Of a stretch of DNA of 64,000 bases, positions 29,712-41,730 are shown piece by piece. The notes beneath the pieces were generated by a model. It was not told the DNA's origin and did not search any database. It worked only from the letters and a program-made list of their open reading frames with translations. The first letter of the stretch is position 1. Each line of letters opens with the position of its first letter. Made by a program: the position numbers and the translations under genes. The DNA is from an uncultured Thermoleophilia bacterium (GTDB taxonomy: Bacteria; Actinomycetota; Thermoleophilia; UBA2241), in contig CAVPCT010000003.1 of the NCBI GenBank assembly GCA_963702475.1, positions 320,001 to 384,000 of the forward strand, written 5' to 3'.

Positions 29712-31421
29712 TCACAGGGTCGCGAAGATCTCGTGCGCCAGCATGCCGCCGGCGACCGTGCGCGCGGTGAAGCCGTTCTGGAGGAGGATCCGCGTGGCGT
29801 AGTAGGCGCGCTGGCCCGAGCGGCAGACGACGAGGATCTCCTTGTCGCGCGGGAGCTCGTCGAGGCGCCCGCGCAGCTCGTCCACGGGGATGTTGACAAC
29901 ACCGGGGAGCTGCTCGACGGCGAGCTCCTCGGGGTGGCGTACGTCGAGGACGAAGGCGCCGTCCAGCGCGTCCCAGTGCGCGATCGGCATGTCGCCGCGC
30001 AGCACGTTCGCGGCCACCATGCCGGCGAAGTTGGCCGGCGACTTGGCCGCGCCGAACTGCGGCGCGTAGCTGAGCTCGCACTCCTCGAGGTCGTACACGG
30101 TCGCCCCCAGCTGGATCGCCATCGCCAGGGCGTCGATGCGCTTGTCGACGCCCTCCCGGCCCACAGCCTGCGCTCCGAGCAGCGTGCCGTCGGACTTGCG
30201 GAAGAGGATCTTCATGGCGAGGAGGGTCGCGCCCGGGTAGTAGCCGGCGTGCGAGTTGGGGTACAGGTAGACCTTCTCGTAGTCCTCGTCGCCGCGGCGC
30301 TTGAGCGTCTTCTCGTTCAGGCCGGTCCAGGCGACGGCGCCGCCGAAGGCGCCGAGGATCGCGGTGCCCTGCGTGCCGCGGAAGTGAGAGTCCCGGCCGG
30401 CGATGACGTCGGCGGCGATGCGGCCCTGCCGGTTGGCCGGCCCGGCGAGCGCCACCAGGCAGTCCTCGCCGGTCAGGCAGTCCACTTTCTCGACCGCGTC
30501 GCCCACGGCGAAGATGTCGGGGTCGCTGGTGCGCTGCTGGTCGTCAACGCGGATGCCGCCGCGGGCGCCCACCTCGATGCCGGCCATCTCCGCGAGCGCC
30601 GTCTCGGGCTTCACGCCGATGCCAAGGATGACGATGTCGGCGGGGTAGACCTCATCCGGCCCGACGACGACGTCGAGCGAGCCATCGTCCGCCTGCCGGA
30701 ACGCCGACGCTCCTGCGCCCAGAACCACCTTCACGCCGTTCTTGTCGAGGTGGCGCTCAAGATACCGCGCCATCTCCGGGTCGAGCGGGCCCATGATCTG
30801 GTCGCCGCGCTGCAGCAGGGTGACCTCGAAGCCGAGGCCCACCAGGTTCTCCGCCGTCTCGATGCCGATGAACCCGCCTCCGACGACGACCGCGCGGAGC
30901 TCCCGCCGCCGCGTCTGCATGCCGGTGTAGGTGCCGAGCCCGGCCGTCCTGCCGCGCCGCTCCTCGACCCACGTGCGGATCTGGGCGGCGTCGGGGACCG
31001 TCCTCACGCCGAAGATGCCGGGCAGGTCGATGCCGGGCAGCGGCGGGCGGATGGGGGCCGCGCCGGGGGACAGCACCAGCTTGTCGTAGGGCTCCGTGCT
31101 CAACTCGCCGGTCGTCCGGTCCTTGAGCTGCGCGGTCTTGCCGCGCGCGTCGATGCCGACCACCTCGCAGTCCGTGCGTGCATCCACGTTGAACATGTCG
31201 CGGAAGGTGTCCGCTGTGGCGACGAGCAGGCTCGCCTGCTGCTCGATCACGCCGCCGATGTAGTACGGCAGGCCGCAATTGGCGTACGAGACGTAGGGTC
31301 CGCGCTCTACCATGAGGATCCGCGCGGTCTCGTCCAGGCGGCGCAGGCGCGCGGCGCACGAGGCCCCACCTGCCACGCCGCCCACGATGATGACCTTGAT
31401 GCCGTCAGCAGTCTCGTTCAT
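29712..31421 (-). CDS. CoA-disulfide/persulfide reductase with C-terminal rhodanese domain (Cdr/Npsr-like)
   Basis: GGVAGGAS, SYANCGLPYY, ALAGPANRQGR, HAGYYPGA, LSYAPQF; rhodanese CRSGQR. Confidence 0.9.
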   Translation of the reverse strand: MNETADGIKVIIVGGVAGGASCAARLRRLDETARILMVERGPYVSYANCGLPYYIGGVIEQQASLLVATADTFRDMFNVDARTDCEVVGIDARGKTAQLKDRTTGELSTEPYDKLVLSPGAAPIRPPLPGIDLPGIFGVRTVPDAAQIRTWVEERRGRTAGLGTYTGMQTRRRELRAVVVGGGFIGIETAENLVGLGFEVTLLQRGDQIMGPLDPEMARYLERHLDKNGVKVVLGAGASAFRQADDGSLDVVVGPDEVYPADIVILGIGVKPETALAEMAGIEVGARGGIRVDDQQRTSDPDIFAVGDAVEKVDCLTGEDCLVALAGPANRQGRIAADVIAGRDSHFRGTQGTAILGAFGGAVAWTGLNEKTLKRRGDEDYEKVYLYPNSHAGYYPGATLLAMKILFRKSDGTLLGAQAVGREGVDKRIDALAMAIQLGATVYDLEECELSYAPQFGAAKSPANFAGMVAANVLRGDMPIAHWDALDGAFVLDVRHPEELAVEQLPGVVNIPVDELRGRLDELPRDKEILVVCRSGQRAYYATRILLQNGFTARTVAGGMLAHEIFATL

Positions 31422-31480
31422 GGCTCCCGTCGCTCCCTTTCGCGAGGCGCCCCTGTGGACGCACCAGACTCTCTCAACCG

Positions 31481-31523
31481 AGGATAGTCAGCCCCCCTGT
31501 GCCTGTGACCTCGGGAAAGTACG
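31481..31523 (-). promoter_or_regulatory. Conserved promoter element driving the 31421-25533 operon
   Basis: Minus strand reads CGTACTTTCCCGAGGTCACAG-N16-TATCCT. Confidence 0.75.
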
Positions 31524-31549
31524 AGCGGGGCGCACGAAGAAGTCCCGGG

Positions 31550-33041
31550 CTACACGTGCCCGCGCTGCCAGGCGGCGAGGGCGTGCGCCGTCGCCGCCGT
31601 CGCCAGCGTCACTTCGCGAAAGCGCCCGTAGAAGTCGTCGTACAGGGGCTTGAGCGACGGGTCGGGCACGACCTCGCGCTCCTGGCCGCCCCACCGCGTC
31701 TCCAGGTCCGCCGCGCCGCCGGCCACGGCCGCGAAGAACGCGGCGCCGACGGCCGCCCGTCCTTCGCCGGGCCCGACGTCCTGCGGTAGCCCCGTCACGT
31801 CGCGAGACGATCTGCGGCCACAGCGGGTCCGTCACGCCGCCGCCGCTACTGCGCAGGCGCCCTATCGTGGCCCCGGCCTCGGCCATGGTCTCGAGGTTGT
31901 GGCGGACGGCGTAGGCGGCCGCCTCGAGGAGCGCCCGGAACAGGTGCCCGCGGCCGTGGGCGGGGGTGAGGCCGAGGATCGCACCACGCAGGTCGGGATC
32001 GAACCACGGCGTCCGCTCCCCGGCGAAGTAGGGCAGGGCCAGCAGGCCGCCGGCCCCCGCGCCAGCGGCGGCGGACTCGGCGAACAGGTCCGCGAACGGG
32101 GGGCCGCCCGTCAGCTCGCGCAGCCATACGGTCAGCGCGCCGGCGGAGCCCACACCCGCGGCTACGTTGTGCGAGCCGGGCGTGAAGCCGACGGTGCGCC
32201 AGAGCCGCGGGTCTGCGCGGGCGGGGCTGCCTACCTCGGTGAGGAACATGCTGGTGCCGTAGACCAGCAGCCCGATGCCGGGACCGCGCAATCCCGCGGC
32301 GGCTACCTCGGCCCACGAGTCGTTGGAGCCGGCGGCGACGGGCGTGCCTTCGGCGAGGCCGGTGGCCGCGGCCGCCGCCCGCGTCACCCGGCCGCAGGTC
32401 TCGTGCGGCCACACCAGCCGTGGCAGGGGGAGACCGGGCGCGGCCACCTCCGCCCAGTCCTGCAGCCACTCGTTGCGCTCGACGTCGTACAGAGGACCCC
32501 AGTGACCGGCGCTGTGGTGGTCGAGCACGTACTCGCCGGTGAGGCGCGCGACGAGGTACGAGGCGGAACCGTACGCGCGCCGCGTCGCCGCCCACACCTG
32601 CGGCTCCTCGTCGGCCAGCCAGCGAAGCTTGGGGCCGACCGACTGGCTCGTGAGCTGCGCGCCGCAGTGGGAGAGGATCGCCTCCGCGCCCAGCTCCGTG
32701 GTGAGCCGTACGATCTGCTCGCGGGCTCGGCTGTCGATGCCGTACAGGATAGCCGGACGCAGGGGCTTGGCGGCTGCGTCCGCCGCGAGCAGGCACGGTC
32801 CGAGCCCGCACACACCCACCCCGGCGACCCGGTCTGAGCGCCCGTCCAGGAGGCGACGGCTCACCGCTGCGGCACTCTCCCACCAGTCGCGCCCGGCGTC
32901 TTGCTCGGCCCACGCGGGCCGCGGGCGCGAGATGCCGTGCGGCAGCTGCTCGTCGGCCACCCGGTGCCCGGTCTCATCGACGAGCACGCCCCTCGTCCCC
33001 GACGAGCCCACGTCGATGCCCAGAAAGAGTCGCGCTGCCAC
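31550..33041 (-). CDS. FGGY family carbohydrate kinase (xylulokinase-like), frameshift near 31800
   Basis: LGIDVGSSGT, PAILYGIDSRA, LPYFAGERTP and LRHNLE-like motifs. Confidence 0.85.
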
Positions 33042-33212
33042 CGTGTCCCCTCCTCGCCCCGGGAGCACCTCGCAACGGCTGGTTCGGGCTCCGTCGGCTT
33101 TGTGCCCGAAACGGCGGGAGTTCAGCCTCGTCGCGGTTGAGCGTGGTGTGACGGGGGTACCCTTGCGTCGGAATCTGCGCGGCCGTACGGCCGCGCCACA
33201 CTCGGAGGGACC

Positions 33213-33722
33213 ATGAGCGACGCACCACTCGACCTGTACATCGCCGGCTACGACGATCCGGACGCTGCCAAAGAGGACTTCGACGCCCTCAAGAAGGCGC
33301 AGCGCGACGGCGTCGTCTTCATCGACGGGGCCGTGCTGATCAGCCGCGATGACGACGGCACCATCCACGTCAAGGAGACCGGCGACCACGACGTGCTCAA
33401 GGGCTCGGTCATCGGCGTCGGCGCCGGCCTCGTCGTAGGCCTGTTCGCGCCGCCGCTGCTCGGCGCCCTGGTCGTGGGCGGCATCATCGGCGGCGTCACC
33501 GGCAAGCTGGTCAAGCACCACCAGGAGAAGAACATCGCCAAGGACGTCGAAGACACGATCCCGCCCGGCACGTCCGGCATCGTCGCCGTCTTCGAAGAGG
33601 TCTGGGTGGACGCGGTCGAAAAGCAGCTCAAGAAGGCCGTCAAGAAGGCCTGCAAGGAGGCCGACAAGGAGACCGCCAAGGAGCTCAAGGCGGCCCTCAA
33701 GGCCGAGGAGGTCGGTTCCTGA
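33213..33722 (+). CDS. DUF1269 domain protein
   Basis: AVLISRDDDGTIHV + GVGAGLVVGLFAPPLLG...IPPGTSG; GGAGG RBS. Confidence 0.8.
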   Translation: MSDAPLDLYIAGYDDPDAAKEDFDALKKAQRDGVVFIDGAVLISRDDDGTIHVKETGDHDVLKGSVIGVGAGLVVGLFAPPLLGALVVGGIIGGVTGKLVKHHQEKNIAKDVEDTIPPGTSGIVAVFEEVWVDAVEKQLKKAVKKACKEADKETAKELKAALKAEEVGS

Positions 33723-33798
33723 GGCCCGGGCCGGCACAGCGCAGCGCGCGCGGTCACTGTGACCTGGCAAACGGATCTGAACACACAGGGAGAAATGC

Positions 33799-34296
33799 AT
33801 GAGTGAATTGATGGTCCTCGGCTTCGAGGACGAGGCCGCCGCGGACGCGTTCGGCGTCAAGCTCAGCGAGATGCAGAAGGACATGATCGTCCAGCTGCAG
33901 GACGCCGCTATGGTAGTGCGTGACGCCGACGGCAAGCCGCACGTCAAGCACGGTCACGGCATGGTCGGCGCCGGCGCCCTCGGCGGCGCCTTCTTCGGCA
34001 TGCTCTTCGGCCTGCTGTTCTTCGTGCCGTTCCTGGGCTTCGCCATCGGCGCGGGCCTCGGTGCGCTGTTCGGCAAGATGGGCAAGAGCAGCATCGACCA
34101 GCAGGTCCTCGAGCAGATGGGCGACGCGGTACCGCCGGGCAAGGCCGGCTGGTTCCTGCTCATCGGGCAGATGACGGAGGACAAGTTCCTCGCCGAGGTG
34201 GAGGGCACGCACGCCAAGGTCGTGCGCACCAACCTCACGCAGGAGCAGGAGGACGCGCTGAAAGAGGCCTTCGGGGCCGACAAGCACCAGAAGTAG
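33799..34296 (+). CDS. DUF1269 domain protein, close paralog of 9521..10042
   Basis: Long near-identical stretches (MVLGFE, QKDMIVQL, DADGKPHVK, PPGKAGWFL, TEDKFLA). Confidence 0.88.
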   Translation: MSELMVLGFEDEAAADAFGVKLSEMQKDMIVQLQDAAMVVRDADGKPHVKHGHGMVGAGALGGAFFGMLFGLLFFVPFLGFAIGAGLGALFGKMGKSSIDQQVLEQMGDAVPPGKAGWFLLIGQMTEDKFLAEVEGTHAKVVRTNLTQEQEDALKEAFGADKHQK

Positions 34297-34324
34297 GACC
34301 ACGCGGTGCGGCTGCGCCGGAAGG

Positions 34325-34368
34325 ACGAGGAGGGGCGCGGAGCCGGCAGGCTCCGCGCCCCTCCTCGT
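34325..34368. terminator. Bidirectional hairpin terminator
   Basis: 20-bp perfect stem ACGAGGAGGGGCGCGGAGCC-GGCA-GGCTCCGCGCCCCTCCTCGT between convergent genes. Confidence 0.8.
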
Positions 34369-34419
34369 ACGTGTGCAGCGCCGGCGGTCTGCGCCGCCGC
34401 CGGCCTCACGCTCCCCGGG

Positions 34420-35283
34420 CTATTTCGCCACGTAGTGCGCGAGCGCCGCGCCCTCAGCGTCCCTCAGCCAGAGCTCGTCGCCCTCGATCGTGTAGGTCGC
34501 GGTCAGCGGCAGCGCCGCGAGGTACGCGGCCTCCTGCTCCATCAGCTCGGGGGATCCGGCCATCATGGTCGCGACGATCTCCGCGGCGATGGACATCGTG
34601 TCGCCCGTCGTTGAGTACGTGGTCGAGTACTGGTTGACGGACGCGTTGCCGCTGAGGCTGCCGTCCTCGCCGAACACAGCCGTGATGGTGCTGTCGGCGG
34701 CGAGCGACACCAGGGCCTCCCTGCCGTTGTTGTACGCGAGGGCGTTCCACGTGGTGCCCTCGAGCGCTGTCGGCACGGCGACCTCGTACCTGACCAGCGT
34801 CGCGCCCTGGTCGTCCTTCAGCGTCAGCGAGTCATCGGTGACGGCGAACGATGCGGCTTTGCTGAGCGCGTCGAAGTACGCCTGCTCCTGCGCCATGGCG
34901 TCCTCGGGTCCGGCCATGAGCGTCGCCGCCGCCTGCTCGATGGCGATCCCGTCGGGAGCTTCCGTGGTGTACGCGGCCGTGTAGCGGTTGACGCCGCCGG
35001 AGCCGCTGATGACGCCGTTCTCGAACGTGGCCGTGACCTCGGCCCCGTCGGCGGGCGGCGTGGTCACGCCGGCGATCTCGACGGCCCTCCAGACCCTGTC
35101 ACCGAGGGACGCCGCGGCGTCCGTTGCAGCGTCGTCCGTCGCGGCGTCCGAGCCGCACGCGGACGCCGCGAACGGCAGCGCCACCACGAGCCCCAGAACG
35201 GCGGCCAGGACCATGGATCGAGCGCGGTGTCCGCGCACGGTGGGACTGCGCCGGCGAGCGGCACTGGGGCGATGGGACTCCAT
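34420..35283 (-). CDS. META/HslJ domain lipoprotein with two META domains
   Basis: Lipobox ASAC; two repeats of ...SG..GVN.Y...Y...AT(L/M)MAG...M.QE.AY..AL. Confidence 0.8.
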   Translation of the reverse strand: MESHRPSAARRRSPTVRGHRARSMVLAAVLGLVVALPFAASACGSDAATDDAATDAAASLGDRVWRAVEIAGVTTPPADGAEVTATFENGVISGSGGVNRYTAAYTTEAPDGIAIEQAAATLMAGPEDAMAQEQAYFDALSKAASFAVTDDSLTLKDDQGATLVRYEVAVPTALEGTTWNALAYNNGREALVSLAADSTITAVFGEDGSLSGNASVNQYSTTYSTTGDTMSIAAEIVATMMAGSPELMEQEAAYLAALPLTATYTIEGDELWLRDAEGAALAHYVAK

Positions 35284-35480
35284 CGATCCTCCTTCAGGAG
35301 ACGCTGACAAGACCGGCGACGCAGCAGAGTGTACCCCGGCGCCGACAGACGAGAGACGCCGCGGGTCACGGGCGCGGCACATGCCTGCGGCCGAAAGGCG
35401 ACGCGCCTGACAGACCGGATCCCGCGACGAGGCGTCGATCTGGACCGCCTCGCCGGTCGCGGACCGCGCGGGGAGCCGGC

Positions 35481-36914
35481 TCAGGGGTCGCAGAGGGTGG
35501 CGGCGTCCTTCTCGAAGCGCATCTTGCACATGGCGTACTCCTCCGGCACCGTGATCGGGTAGTCGCCGTCGAAGCAGGCTCGGCAGAACTGGTTACGAGG
35601 CAGGCCGGTGCTGGCCTGCAGGCCGTCGAGCGTGAGGTAGTGCAGGCTGGTGGCTCCGACCTTGCGGCGGATGTCGTCCACGCTCATGTTGGCGGCGATG
35701 AGCTCCGCCCGCGTCGCCATGTCGATGCCGTAGAAGCAGGGCCACTGGATCGGCGGAGAGCTGATGCGCAGGTGCACCTCGGCGGCCCCGGCGCTGAACA
35801 GCATCTCGACCAGCTTGCTGGTGGTGTTGCCGCGCACGATGGAGTCATCGACCACCACCAGCCGCTTCCCCCGGATGACCTCGGTCAGCGGGTTGAGCTT
35901 CATGCGGATGCCCACCTGCCGCAGCTGGTCGTCGGGCTGGATGAACGTGCGGTGCACGTAGCGGTTCTTGATGAGGCCCTCGGTGTAGGGGATGCCGGAG
36001 GCTGAGGCGTAGCCGATGGCGGCCGGCATGCCCGTGTCGGGCACGGGGATGACGAGGTCGGCCTCGACCGGGGCCTCCATGGCCAGGTGCCTGCCCATCT
36101 CCTGGCGTGCGATGTGCAGGGTCCTGCCGGCCATCACGCTGTCGGGCCGCGCGAAGTAGATGAACTCGAAGATGCACAGGGCCGGGCGCGAGCCCTCGAG
36201 CTCCACGCGCTCGCTGCGCAGGCCGTGTTCCTTGTCGGCGATGACGATCTCGCCGGGCTGGATCTCGCGCACGAAGTGGGCGCCGATGATGTTGAGCCCG
36301 GCCGTCTCGCTGCTGATGACGGGGTGCCCCTCGTACTCGCCAAGACAGAGCGGGCGCACGCCGTAGGGGTCGCGGAAGCCGACCAGGGAGTCGCCGCTCA
36401 TCACGGCCGCCGAGAAGGCGCCGCGGATCTTGGCCACTGCAGTGCGCACGGCGCTGAGCAGGTCGCTGTCGGCCTCGTGGGCGATGAGCGCCGTGATGAC
36501 CTCGGTGTCGGTGGTCCCCGAGAACTTGACGCCCTGGCGCATGAGCTCGTCGCGCAGCTCCGTCGTGTTGACGAGGTTGCCGTTGTGGCCCAGGGCGATG
36601 ACGTCGCCGTTGCGGCTGCGCACCAGCGGCTGGGAGTTGGCCCAGTGGCTCGAGCCCGTGGTGCTGTAGCGCACGTGACCGATGGCGTGCTGACCGCTGA
36701 GGCTCTGCAGCATCTGCTCGTTGAACACCTGGCTGACCAGACCGAGGTCCTTGATGACGGTGATCTGGCCGTCGTCGCTCACGGCGATGCCCGCGCTTTC
36801 CTGCCCGCGGTGTTGCAGCGCGTAAAGCCCGAAGAAGGTGAGGCGCGCGACGTCGTGACCCGGCGCGTGGATGCCGAAGACGCCACAGCTGTCATGGAGG
36901 TGGTCGTTGTGCAC
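35481..36914 (-). CDS. purF: Amidophosphoribosyltransferase
   Basis: SCGVFG, LQHRGQESAG, GHVRYSTTG and VVVDDSIVRGNT. Confidence 0.96.
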   Translation of the reverse strand: MHNDHLHDSCGVFGIHAPGHDVARLTFFGLYALQHRGQESAGIAVSDDGQITVIKDLGLVSQVFNEQMLQSLSGQHAIGHVRYSTTGSSHWANSQPLVRSRNGDVIALGHNGNLVNTTELRDELMRQGVKFSGTTDTEVITALIAHEADSDLLSAVRTAVAKIRGAFSAAVMSGDSLVGFRDPYGVRPLCLGEYEGHPVISSETAGLNIIGAHFVREIQPGEIVIADKEHGLRSERVELEGSRPALCIFEFIYFARPDSVMAGRTLHIARQEMGRHLAMEAPVEADLVIPVPDTGMPAAIGYASASGIPYTEGLIKNRYVHRTFIQPDDQLRQVGIRMKLNPLTEVIRGKRLVVVDDSIVRGNTTSKLVEMLFSAGAAEVHLRISSPPIQWPCFYGIDMATRAELIAANMSVDDIRRKVGATSLHYLTLDGLQASTGLPRNQFCRACFDGDYPITVPEEYAMCKMRFEKDAATLCDP

Positions 36915-36931
36915 GGTGCTCGTTCTGATGG

Positions 36932-39228
<2,297 letters not shown>

Positions 39229-39232
<4 letters not shown>

Positions 39233-39957
39233 GCCGTCACCTCCGCGCCGCGCAGGGCGTCGATCATGGACTGGAAGAACACGCGCCCGTCGGCGCCGCC
39301 GGCCATCCACTCCTCCACCGAGTTCTCCGGGTGCGGCATCATGCCGAACACGTTGCGGGTGTCGTTGCAGACGCCGGCGATGTCGTCAAGGGAGCCGTTG
39401 GGGTTGGCGCCCGGGGCGCGGTCACCCTCAGCGTTGACGTACCGCACCACGACCTGGTCGTTGGCCACGAGCTGCTCGAACGTCGCCGGGTCGACCGTGT
39501 AGTTGCCCTCGTTGTGCTTGACGACGATGCGCAGCACGTCGCCCTTCGCGCACGCGCGGGTGAACGGCGTGTCCGCCGTCTCGACGCGCAGGTTGACGTA
39601 CTTGCAGACGAACTTGAGGCCCGTGTTCCTGATGAGGCCGCCGGGCAGGAGGCCGGCCTCGATGAGGATCTGGAAGCCGTTGCAGATGCCCATCACGAGG
39701 CCGCCGTCGGCGGCGAACGAGGTGATGGACTCCATGATGGGGCTGAAGCGGGCGATGGCGCCGCAGCGCAGGTAGTCGCCGTAGCTGAACCCGCCGGGGA
39801 TGACGATGCCGTCGACGCCCTTGAGGTCGGTGTCCTTGTGCCACAGGTACTCGGCGGTGACGCCGGGGAAGGTCTCGAGGCCGTGGTGCGTGTCGCCGTC
39901 GGTGTTGATGCCGGGGAAGACGACCACGCCCAGGCGCACGGGGGAAGCGGAGCCCAT
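39229..39957 (-). CDS. purQ: FGAM synthase subunit PurQ
   Basis: PGGFSYGDYLR, GICNGFQIL and MMPHPE. Confidence 0.96.
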
Positions 39958-39964
39958 GCCTGCC

Positions 39965-40216
39965 TCACCCCTCGGTGATCTCGAAGGTGTAGTCCTCGAT
40001 GATCGGGTTGCTGAGCAGCTTGCGGCACATGTCGTCGACCTGGGCGCGGGCGGCCCCTTCGGTGAGGCCCGCGCCCTCGATGCTCAGGTCGATGATCTTG
40101 CCGACCCGCACCCCGCTCACGCCCTCGAAGCCGAGGTTGGGGAGCGAGCGCTCGACGGCCGCGCCCTGGGGGTCGAGGATGCCTTGTTTGGGCGTGACGT
40201 AGACGCGGACGTTCAT
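39965..40216 (-). CDS. purS: FGAM synthase subunit PurS
   Basis: ILDPQG...VRVGK...LLSNPIIEDY. Confidence 0.95.
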   Translation of the reverse strand: MNVRVYVTPKQGILDPQGAAVERSLPNLGFEGVSGVRVGKIIDLSIEGAGLTEGAARAQVDDMCRKLLSNPIIEDYTFEITEG

Positions 40217-40451
40217 CAAGCTCACCTGCCCGTGAGAGGAAGTGCGGGGACCCCCTGAGTCTACCGCAGGACGGACGCGCGCCGTTAGGCTGCCGGCGGA
40301 GTCCTCCCCCTGCCGGGCTGCGTGCTGCCCGCTGCGCCTCACCCGGGGAACCCGATGTGCTCGCCTGCCACGGTCCCGTGCATGGCCAGAGTTTGCCCAC
40401 GGGAATACGGCATGGCAGAGACCACGAACCCCTGGACTACGGAGGACGAGG

Positions 40452-41639
40452 ATGGCGCGAGTACTCATGTACTCCATGGAGTGGTGCCCGTACTGCGCCA
40501 AGGCCAAGGCGCTGATGGGCGCGAAAGGCATCGAGTACGACGAGGTGGACGTCACTCACGACGAGGCGAAGGCGCTCGAGATGATCGAGCGCACCGGCCA
40601 GCGCGGTGTGCCGCAGTTCTTCATCGACGGCCAGTGGATCGGCGGCTACGATAGCCTCGCCTACATGAACGCCACCGGGGCGCTCGACCAGATGTTCGGC
40701 ATCGAGCCCAAGGTGGACCTGCAGCGGGTATGGGACGTGGCGGTGGTGGGCGGCGGACCGGCCGGCCTCTCGGCCGCGCTGTACGCCGCCCGCAAGAACC
40801 TGTCCACGATCCTCATCACCATGGACCTCGGCGGCCAGGTCGGCATCACGCACCTGGTGACCAACTACCCCGGGCTGCCGGTGATCGAGGGCCCGGAGCT
40901 CGTGCGCCTCATGTTCGAGCAGGCGTACATGTACGGGCTCGAGCGCCTCATCGGCGAGCGCGTCACGGGCGTGCGGGTCGAAGGACGCGCCAAGGTCCTC
41001 GAGTTGCAGTCGGGCAAAGAGGTCAAGGCGCGCGCCGTGATCGTCGCCAGCGGCGCCCAGAAGCGCAAGCTGGAGATCCCCGGCGAGGACGAGTTCTCGG
41101 GGCGCGGCGTCGTCTACTGCTCTACGTGCGACGGCCCCTTCTACCGGGACAAGACGATCGCCATCGTGGGCGGCGGCAACTCGGCCATGGAGGCCGCCAT
41201 CGAGATGAGCGGCATCGCGAAGAAGGTCTATGTGGTCAGCCGCAAGGAGTGGACCGGCGACGACGTCCTGGTCGACAAGGCGTCCAGCGCGCCCGGCATC
41301 AAGAAGCTGGTCGGGTACGAGCCGCTCGAGATCGCGGGCAACGAGGTGGTGGAGAAGCTCCGCCTGCGCAACCTCAAGAAGGGTACCGAACGCACGCTCA
41401 GCGTGGACGGGGTCTTCATCGAGGTCGGCCTCTCGCCGAACTCGGAGCCCCTGCTCGACCTGGCCAACACCAACCAGCGCGGCGAGGTCATCGTCGACGC
41501 CATGGGCGACACCGGTGTGCGCGGGGTGTTCGCCGCCGGCGACGTCACGGCGACCAAGGACAAGCAGATCGTCATCGCCGCCGGCGAGGGCGCCAAGGCG
41601 GCCCTGGCGGCGTTCGACTACCTCATCACTCAGCGCTGA
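40452..41639 (+). CDS. Glutaredoxin-thioredoxin reductase (TrxB/AhpF-like) fusion
   Basis: N-terminal WCPYC...VPQ...GGYD Grx domain; GGGPAG, YCSTCDG, GGGNSA and FAAGDVT. Confidence 0.9.
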   Translation: MARVLMYSMEWCPYCAKAKALMGAKGIEYDEVDVTHDEAKALEMIERTGQRGVPQFFIDGQWIGGYDSLAYMNATGALDQMFGIEPKVDLQRVWDVAVVGGGPAGLSAALYAARKNLSTILITMDLGGQVGITHLVTNYPGLPVIEGPELVRLMFEQAYMYGLERLIGERVTGVRVEGRAKVLELQSGKEVKARAVIVASGAQKRKLEIPGEDEFSGRGVVYCSTCDGPFYRDKTIAIVGGGNSAMEAAIEMSGIAKKVYVVSRKEWTGDDVLVDKASSAPGIKKLVGYEPLEIAGNEVVEKLRLRNLKKGTERTLSVDGVFIEVGLSPNSEPLLDLANTNQRGEVIVDAMGDTGVRGVFAAGDVTATKDKQIVIAAGEGAKAALAAFDYLITQR

Positions 41640-41730
41640 CGCGAGGGCGGCGCCGGCCGGCCGCGGGCGCGGGCCGGCGCCGCCCTCGCAAGGTGCGCGC
41701 GCCGCGGCCGCGTGCGTTCGCGGCGCGCTC

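Noticed and set aside
40452-41639. Selenocysteine recoding in redox genes (Grx-TrxR, Cdr, rhodanese, MsrP-like)
   Set aside because: All catalytic positions are ordinary Cys codons; no in-frame TGA was seen
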